From NCBI GenBank assembly GCA_045120465.1, contig JBGVEW010000022.1:12782-76781 (forward strand): DNA of 64,000 bases, in the 5' to 3' direction. A program made the position numbers and the translations under genes. This document shows positions 58,074 through 64,000 of this stretch, piece by piece. Every line of letters starts with the position of its first letter. Position 1 is the stretch's first letter. The notes beneath the pieces are model-generated. The model was given only the letters and a program-made list of their open reading frames with translations. It had not been told where the DNA came from and ran no database searches. Origin of the DNA: Eubacteriales bacterium (GTDB taxonomy: Bacteria > Bacillota > Clostridia > Oscillospirales > CAG-272).

Positions 58074-59324
58074 TCATTGACATTTTGAACAACTCCTCGG
58101 TGCAAGGCGCGCCTTGGCAACCGAAACTTCGGCGGTTGGGAAGCAATAAAAGAGCTGATCTCTCTGTCCGATGCCGATCACGTCCCCGATCTCATAGAAA
58201 AAGTAATCGGAATTAAGACTATACGAAAAACGCGGCTTTTGCTCGTACTTCCACGATCCGTCCGCCCCCGTCAGCAAAAAGCCGTTTTCATCGTGCACGA
58301 GGTGTCCCTTTCCGACCATATACATCGCGCGGGAATCCACGATCATACCAACGTTCACTTCACAATCCAATCGGTACGTTCCTTCCTCCAATTCACGTCT
58401 GACGCACGCGCGTTGCCAATCGAACCAATCGGGAATATGGGAATATTCGGTCTCTCCCTCTCTCGCGCGCATCTCGCCAAGCTCGGTCATCTCCCAAGTC
58501 TTGCCGCACGTGTTACAAGAAAGAGTAATGCCCTCCCCCTTCATGTTTCCCTCCGCGCCGCAATGCGGACACTTGTATAGAACTCTCTCCAAGCCGTCCG
58601 CGCGGAAGCTCTCGGTGATCCTGACCTCTGCCTCGCGCTGACGCTTGAAATGATCGAACGCAAACGCCTCCTCCAGGATCGCGTCCAGCTCCTCGACCGA
58701 CTTTTGCTCGATCTCCTCGCGCGTCAACAGACAGCGGCGCGTCGCCCTCATGGGAACTTCGCGGTTTTTCAGCCCGTTATAAAGAGGTGTGCGCCAGAAC
58801 GCCCCCTCTGCGTAAATCATCAGCACGGGCACCTTTAACAGCTTTAAAAGTCCGCCCATTCTGCGCGGCAGAACCGTTGCGCGTCCGTCAAGGCTATACC
58901 CCGCCTCGGGGAACATCAACACGCTCGTCTTTTTCTTTTTGAGCATATACTCCATGTCGCGGATCAGGGACAGATCGCTGACGAATTTTTGCGTCGGGAT
59001 GCATCCGATCTGCCGCATCAGCCACCGCTTTCCCACAAAGCCGTCGGTAGTGGTGACGATTCCGTACGCCATCGGATACAGCATCTTGGAAGCGATCTCC
59101 ATATCCATAAAGCAGGAGTGGTTCATCAAGATCAGATACGGTCCCTTTCCCGCTTTTTTCAAATCCTCCTTTTCCGCCTTGAATCTGACCGATGCCATTG
59201 CAAAAAAGGAAAGCACGCGGATCAACGTGCGAAAAAACAAATTCGGACGCTTGGGCTTCTGCTTCTTCGGGCGCGGGAGTGCCGTAACCTTCTCATAAGT
59301 GCTTTCAATCGTCTTGATCTTCAT
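58074..59324 (-). CDS. PlsC-like lysophospholipid acyltransferase with zinc-ribbon-like insert
   Basis: LMNHSCFMD is the H-x4-D acyltransferase motif. CPHCG...CNTCG forms cysteine pairs. Confidence 0.6.
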   Translation of the reverse strand: MKIKTIESTYEKVTALPRPKKQKPKRPNLFFRTLIRVLSFFAMASVRFKAEKEDLKKAGKGPYLILMNHSCFMDMEIASKMLYPMAYGIVTTTDGFVGKRWLMRQIGCIPTQKFVSDLSLIRDMEYMLKKKKTSVLMFPEAGYSLDGRATVLPRRMGGLLKLLKVPVLMIYAEGAFWRTPLYNGLKNREVPMRATRRCLLTREEIEQKSVEELDAILEEAFAFDHFKRQREAEVRITESFRADGLERVLYKCPHCGAEGNMKGEGITLSCNTCGKTWEMTELGEMRAREGETEYSHIPDWFDWQRACVRRELEEGTYRLDCEVNVGMIVDSRAMYMVGKGHLVHDENGFLLTGADGSWKYEQKPRFSYSLNSDYFFYEIGDVIGIGQRDQLFYCFPTAEVSVAKARLAPRSCSKCQ

Positions 59325-59872
59325 AACGTTCCTGCATCTTTCTTTTTTAACTTTGTAACCATATTGTTAACTGCTTTTAGAATACCATACGTCTCGCCTT
59401 TTGTCAAGTGTTGTTTGTTCGTGGGGGATTTGTTTGTGGGGGATTTGTTTGTGGGGAAACTCTTGAAAGAGTTTCCCCACACCCCTTCAGAACTTTTACC
59501 GCGTTTTTATAGCGTACCCTCGGTGGGAATCGCTTTCAAAGTGCTCCCTCTTTTTCTGCTCTGCTCTCGGCAAAAGCGTTGATGCGGTACAGACTCTACT
59601 TGATTTCTTGCCCTCGCGCACTGACGGAGCAATAGCTCCCGCAAGCGTTTTGGTACCACTTCTCGCTGCGGCTCGGTCACGCTCGCGTTCTGACACCACA
59701 CCGTGGTGTCATTCATCCCGCTCGCGCCGCTTCGCTACCCAAAACGCTCACGAAAAGTAGTTTTGCGTGGTGCTTTTCCTCATTTTGCATTTTGCACTTT
59801 GCATTTTGCATTTCCCCCACTCCCACATTTCGTGTGTGGCGCTCCCTTGCACAAAAACTTTGCACACACGTC

Positions 59873-59901
59873 TTGACATTCGTGTGACAATGGAGTATAA
59901 T
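59873..59901 (+). promoter_or_regulatory. SigA-type promoter of proS
   Basis: TTGACA-17 nt-TATAAT. Confidence 0.5.
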
Positions 59902-59970
59902 AAGTATAATGTAATATTATGCGCTCTGCGCGCCGACGGTAAGGCGCGTGGACAGAAAGACGAGGTTCTT

Positions 59971-61413
59971 ATGGCAAAAAACAGTGAAAAGATGGTAGAT
60001 CAGATCACGTCTATGGACGTGGACTTTGGTCAATGGTACACCGATGTTGTAAAAAAAGCAGAGCTTGCCGACTATTCAGGCGTTAAGGGATGCATGATCT
60101 TCCGCCCCTACGGCTATGCGATCTGGGAAAATATTCAAAAGGATCTGGACGCAAGATTCAAGGCGTTGGGACATGAAAACGTGTATATGCCGATGTTCAT
60201 TCCCGAGTCGCTTTTGCAAAAGGAGAAGGATCACGTAGAGGGCTTTGCCCCCGAGTGTGCGGTGGTCACCATGGGCGGTCAAAATCAGCTCCCCGAGCGT
60301 CTGATCGTTCGCCCCACCTCCGAAACGCTGTTCTGCGAGCATTTCCGCTCCATTATCCAATCCTACCGCGATCTGCCCAAGCTCTACAACCAGTGGTGTA
60401 ACGTGGTCAGATGGGAAAAGACCACCCGTCCGTTCCTGCGCACGGCAGAGTTCCTCTGGCAGGAGGGGCACACCATGCACGAGACCGAGGAAGAGGCACG
60501 CCAAGAGACCCAACAGATGCTCAAGGTTTACGAGGACTTTTACGCAGAGGCTCTTGCAATTCCCGCTTACACGGGCAAAAAGACCGACAAGGAAAAGTTT
60601 GCGGGTGCTGAGGAGACCTACACCATTGAGCCGATGATGCACAACGGTGTCGCACTTCAGGGCGGTACCTCTCACTATTTTGGCGACGGCTTTGCAAAGG
60701 CGTTTGATATCAAGTTTACCGCGCGTGACAACACGCTCAAATATCCCCACCAAACCTCTTGGGGTGTTTCTACCCGTTCCATCGGTGCGATCATTATGAC
60801 ACACGGCGACGACAACGGTCTCATTCTCCCCCCCCGCGTCGCTCCCATTCAGGTCGTCATCGTTCCCGTTGCCCAGCACAAGGAGGGCGTGCTTGAAAAG
60901 GCTGCCGAGATCAAGGCAGAGCTTTCCAAGACCCTGCGCGTCAAACTGGACGACAGCGACAACTCCACGGGCTGGAAGTTCGCACAGTACGAGATGAAGG
61001 GTGTTCCGCTCCGTTTGGAGATCGGTCCCCGCGACATCGAAAACAACTCCTGCGTGCTGGTCAGCCGCGTAACGCGTGAAAAGACCTTTGTTTCGCTCGA
61101 CAACCTTGCGGAAGAAGTCGAAAAGGCACTGCAAAAGGTACACGACGAGCTTTACAACCGCGCACTGGAAAACAGAACCGCGCGCACCTTTGAGGCTCGC
61201 ACACACGAGGAATTCCTCGACATCGCAGAAAACAAGTCGGGCTACATCAAGGCAATGTGGTGTGGTGACGTTGCGTGCGAGGAGCAGCTGAAAGACGAAA
61301 CGGGCGGTGTCAAGTCCCGTTGCATCCCCTTCCATGAGGATCACCTTGCCGACACCTGTGTTTGCTGCGGAAAGCCCGCCAAGCATATGGTCATCTGGGG
61401 CAGACAGTATTAA
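59971..61413 (+). CDS. proS: proline--tRNA ligase (archaeal/eukaryote-like type)
   Basis: 480 codons. [32 protein letters not shown] and RPTSET are class II ProRS motifs. Confidence 0.9.
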   Translation: MAKNSEKMVDQITSMDVDFGQWYTDVVKKAELADYSGVKGCMIFRPYGYAIWENIQKDLDARFKALGHENVYMPMFIPESLLQKEKDHVEGFAPECAVVTMGGQNQLPERLIVRPTSETLFCEHFRSIIQSYRDLPKLYNQWCNVVRWEKTTRPFLRTAEFLWQEGHTMHETEEEARQETQQMLKVYEDFYAEALAIPAYTGKKTDKEKFAGAEETYTIEPMMHNGVALQGGTSHYFGDGFAKAFDIKFTARDNTLKYPHQTSWGVSTRSIGAIIMTHGDDNGLILPPRVAPIQVVIVPVAQHKEGVLEKAAEIKAELSKTLRVKLDDSDNSTGWKFAQYEMKGVPLRLEIGPRDIENNSCVLVSRVTREKTFVSLDNLAEEVEKALQKVHDELYNRALENRTARTFEARTHEEFLDIAENKSGYIKAMWCGDVACEEQLKDETGGVKSRCIPFHEDHLADTCVCCGKPAKHMVIWGRQY

Positions 61414-61421
61414 GATAGCTT

Positions 61422-61457
61422 GATGGGGTTGCTTCGCACGCGTGAAGCAACCCCATC
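61422..61457 (+). terminator. 14-bp perfect hairpin after proS (no U-tract)
   Basis: GATGGGGTTGCTTC/GAAGCAACCCCATC. It is followed by GCACCCACAAACC rather than Ts, so termination activity is uncertain. Confidence 0.3.
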
Positions 61458-61489
61458 GCACCCACAAACCACAAAGAAAGGAGAACGCC

Positions 61490-62677
61490 ATGAACGGAAT
61501 CGTTTTAGAGGATCTTTTCGACCGTGTGCGCACGGTCGTCAAACGCATCGACCCCGTCCTGTTCGTATGCGCGACGCTCCTTTCTGTGATCAGCATCCTC
61601 ACCGTGTTCGGTGCGGTAGAAAACTTTGGAATGTCCAAGCTCCGTATGCAGGTTTTGATCTTTTTGATCGGTGTCATTGTCACCGTCATCATTTCCTGCA
61701 TCGATTTCCGCGTCATCGTGGATAAGCTCTGGATCTATATGCTGGTCGGCTCGGTTCTGCTCCTTCTCATCACGCTCGTGTTTGGAAGCACGGGCGAAAA
61801 CATGGAGACCTCCAACAAAAGCTGGCTCAAAATTCCCGGAACGGGATTGATGATCCAGCCCTCGGAGTTTATCAAATTCACCTTTATCTGCACCTTTTCC
61901 AAGCATCTGTTTGCCGTGAGAGACCACATCAACAAGCCGCTCTCCGTCCTGTTTCTGGGTGCACACGCGTTGCTCGTAGTGGCTCCCATTCTGCTCTCGG
62001 GCGACCTTGGTGTCGCGCTCGTCTATCTTGCCATCATCGGCATCATGCTCTTTTGCGCGGGGCTTCACCCCGGATACTTTCTCGGCTTCTTCGCCCTCTT
62101 GGTCATCCTCGCCCCCTACCTTTGGGATCATTTGGCACCTTATCAGCAGGAACGGATTCTCGTAGGCTTCAACCCCGAGCTTGACCCGATGGGAAAAGGG
62201 ATGCAACCGCTCCTCTCCCGTCAGGCAATCGCCGCGGGCGGGCTGATCGGCAAGGGGCTTCTCACAGGCGGATACTACGAGATCCTTCCCGCCTCGCACA
62301 CCGACTTCATTTACGCAACCGTTTGCGAAAAGTTCGGATTTTTGGGCGGTGCGGCAGTACTCCTGATCTTTATCGTCATGGTCGTACGCATCTTTATGCT
62401 CGCGCGGACGGCAAGCCAATCGGATTGCGGTGGGCTGATCTGCGTCGGCATCGGGGGGATGCTCATCGTTCAGATACTGATCAACATCGGTATGTGCTTT
62501 GGAATGTTACCCGTCATCGGCATCACGCTCCCCTTCCTTTCCTGCGGCGGTTCCTCCATGCTCGCCATCTTTATGATGTTCGGATTGCTCCACAGCGTTC
62601 ACGGACACTCCCACGCGGTACGGGATTTTGAAAGAGTTGACACCTTTGACATCGACGTTTCGCTTTTGGATTCATAA
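61490..62677 (+). CDS. FtsW/RodA/SpoVE family cell-wall polymerase
   Basis: ATG follows an AAAGGAG SD. It is a polytopic membrane protein with SEFIKF, HTDFIYA and LPFLSCGGSS motifs. Confidence 0.85.
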   Translation: MNGIVLEDLFDRVRTVVKRIDPVLFVCATLLSVISILTVFGAVENFGMSKLRMQVLIFLIGVIVTVIISCIDFRVIVDKLWIYMLVGSVLLLLITLVFGSTGENMETSNKSWLKIPGTGLMIQPSEFIKFTFICTFSKHLFAVRDHINKPLSVLFLGAHALLVVAPILLSGDLGVALVYLAIIGIMLFCAGLHPGYFLGFFALLVILAPYLWDHLAPYQQERILVGFNPELDPMGKGMQPLLSRQAIAAGGLIGKGLLTGGYYEILPASHTDFIYATVCEKFGFLGGAAVLLIFIVMVVRIFMLARTASQSDCGGLICVGIGGMLIVQILINIGMCFGMLPVIGITLPFLSCGGSSMLAIFMMFGLLHSVHGHSHAVRDFERVDTFDIDVSLLDS

Positions 62678-62740
62678 AAAGAGTCTCCCGTTCATAGGAT
62701 TTACCAGAAAAAATCTTTTGAACATCAGGAGGCTCTTTTT

Positions 62741-63223
62741 ATGTTTATTTATTCCATGCGTGCAGGCACCATCAAGCTCGTCGGCGTCATTTGCGTCGCG
62801 CTCACCGTACTCATCACCCTCATCGCGTTCGTCCCCGCCTATTCGGTCGCTTCCGACACTCCAACGGGGGCAGGCAACGAATACAACTATGATAAGATCA
62901 AAACCGCCGAGGATGCCGCGCATTTTCTCTCGCAATTCGGTTGGAGCGTAGAAGCCACCCCTGTAGAAACCCGAACGGTAACCATTCCCGCAGAGTTTGA
63001 CAAGATCTTTGCCTCGTATAACGAATTACAAAAGGAGCAAGGACTCAATTTGACCAAATATCAAGGAAAGGACGTGACACGCTATACCTTTGCGGTTACC
63101 AATTACCCGAATTTTGAAGGTACGGTCTATGCAAACGTATTGGTTTACCGAAACCGCGTGATTGGCGGAGACGTCTGCTCCGCCGACGTTTCGGGCTTTG
63201 TTCACGGGTTTGAAAAGCGATAA
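62741..63223 (+). CDS. DUF4830-like membrane-anchored protein
   Basis: An N-terminal TM helix, then the FLSQFGW...IPAEFDKIFASYNELQKEQGLNLTKYQGKDVTRYTF...IGGDVCS pattern. Confidence 0.55.
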   Translation: MFIYSMRAGTIKLVGVICVALTVLITLIAFVPAYSVASDTPTGAGNEYNYDKIKTAEDAAHFLSQFGWSVEATPVETRTVTIPAEFDKIFASYNELQKEQGLNLTKYQGKDVTRYTFAVTNYPNFEGTVYANVLVYRNRVIGGDVCSADVSGFVHGFEKR

Positions 63224-63260
63224 CTCATGTAAATACCGCCAAGCGCATTTGCGCTTGGCG

Positions 63261-63504
63261 CAGGTTATAGACCAAAGGCACTCGATTTGTTAATTTGCAA
63301 AAATTTGTTTGTTCCGCTTTTTCTTTTGACCAAGAAGGCGCAAAAGAAAAAGCTTGGCAAAAAGAAAAGCGCCGTTTTTGAGGGAATTTCGCCCTCTGCG
63401 GATGGCGACAAGGGCTCCTCGCCCTTGACCGCGCGAGCTTTTAAAAAAGCTCGACCAAAACTTTTTTCAAACTGACGAAAGCCGGTGGTTTCGTCTGCTG
63501 TCTG
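63261..63504 (+). repeat. E repeat copy 2 plus extension, inserted in a terminator
   Basis: Flanked by a 28-nt direct duplication ATACCGCCAAGCGCATTTGCGCTTGGCG (63233-63260 and 63505-63532). The core at 63382-63492 matches E1. Confidence 0.55.
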
Positions 63505-63540
63505 ATACCGCCAAGCGCATTTGCGCTTGGCGGTATTTTG
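63505..63540. terminator. intrinsic terminator
   Basis: ATACCGCCAAGCGC/GCGCTTGGCGGTAT stem followed by TTTT. Confidence 0.55.
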
Positions 63541-63558
63541 AAAAACGAACGTTTTTCC

Positions 63559-63747
63559 TTACGCCATACACCCGTCGGTCGCTTCCGAAATTTTGCAGAG
63601 CGTGTTGCCGATGCGATGCAGGACCGCGTTGGTTCTTCTTACCGCGCGCATCGCGCGGAACTTACGGCTGTTCCAAACGTTGACCGCCACCACGCCCAAC
63701 GTGATCGCACTCCCCACAGACGCCGCTACAATCCACATGGTATTCAT
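63559..63747 (-). CDS. small hypothetical membrane protein
   Basis: ATG 63747 follows a GGAAGG SD. One hydrophobic helix is followed by a basic tail. Confidence 0.3.
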   Translation of the reverse strand: MNTMWIVAASVGSAITLGVVAVNVWNSRKFRAMRAVRRTNAVLHRIGNTLCKISEATDGCMA

Positions 63748-63806
63748 TTTCACGTTGATTCTACCTTCCTTTCCTTTTGAAGGTAGTATGCCACACAACT
63801 CGCAAT

Positions 63807-64000
63807 TTATGCCTTTTCGGGCACAAACAGCTTTAAAAAGACGTTGGAGGATTGATCGGCAAATTTATGCGACGAAGTGCTCTCGCTCGTCACTTCGTTT
63901 TCGTTGTGATGGATGATTCCCGTTTTTTGGTATTCGGGGATCTTTTCCTCGACCAAACGGACAAAATCCGCAAGATTTGCCCACGTAGTCAGATAAATGC
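63807..64000 (-). CDS. C-terminal part of an unidentified CDS running off the window
   Basis: An open frame from the window edge (...YLTTWANLADFVRLVEEKIPEYQKTGIIHHNENEV...) to a TAA at 63807-63809. Confidence 0.35.
   Translation of the reverse strand, partial: IYLTTWANLADFVRLVEEKIPEYQKTGIIHHNENEVTSESTSSHKFADQSSNVFLKLFVPEKA

Noticed and set aside
55911-58088. 725-codon ORF on the plus strand.
   Set aside because: It is a shadow frame spanning the antisense of the GDPD and Gfo/Idh/MocA genes and runs out of frame over the lipase-like gene. Its tail is R/P-rich.
59640-59670. A T-box-like GGTACCAC upstream of proS.
   Set aside because: The T-box-like orientation (GTGGTACC) is on the minus strand, facing the acyltransferase gene. 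There are no specifier-loop or antiterminator features. The proS leader after its promoter is only about 70 nt.
59411-59810. Short tandem repeats as a possible CRISPR array.
   Set aside because: The units are 15 and 7 nt with no spacers. There are no cas genes in the window.
60076-61716. 546-codon ORF on the minus strand.
   Set aside because: It is antisense to proS, which is unambiguous.

Overview
This 64-kb chromosomal segment has Clostridia-like hallmarks: AGGAGG-type ribosome-binding sites, an archaeal-type ProS, an FtsW/RodA/SpoVE protein, a DUF4830-like protein and a Sec-signal WapA-like RHS toxin. Contents in order: (i) 1-5.6 kb carries hexuronate genes (uxaC, an SDR, a uxuA-like gene, a GH39-like gene and an RraA-like gene). 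(ii) 5.6-43.2 kb is a mosaic accessory region. It holds an IS110 remnant, two tyrosine-recombinase 5' fragments and a serine-recombinase stub. It also holds two giant secreted metallophosphoesterases, each followed by a related 43-48-codon acidic micro-ORF, plus AraC/LysR regulators and GH30/GH20/GH31/GH43 genes. A 10-kb RHS polymorphic-toxin locus with two orphan toxin/immunity cassettes lies within it. The region is punctuated by seven copies of one palindromic terminator-like repeat (H) and four copies of a 200-460-bp non-coding module (R), two of which carry their own promoter. (iii) 43.2-59.3 kb carries more glycan/sugar genes (GH42, manA-like, CBM9-like, PHP, GH172, GDPD, Gfo/Idh/MocA) and lipid-related genes. 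(iv) 59.9-64 kb carries housekeeping proS and a rodA-like gene. I saw no rRNA, tRNA or CRISPR array. The most interesting signals are the H palindrome plus R module family that brackets gene blocks, including the whole RHS island, and the repeated pairing of a giant phosphoesterase with an acidic micro-ORF. All functional calls come from motif recognition by eye; no database search or folding program was run, and the composition statements are visual impressions.
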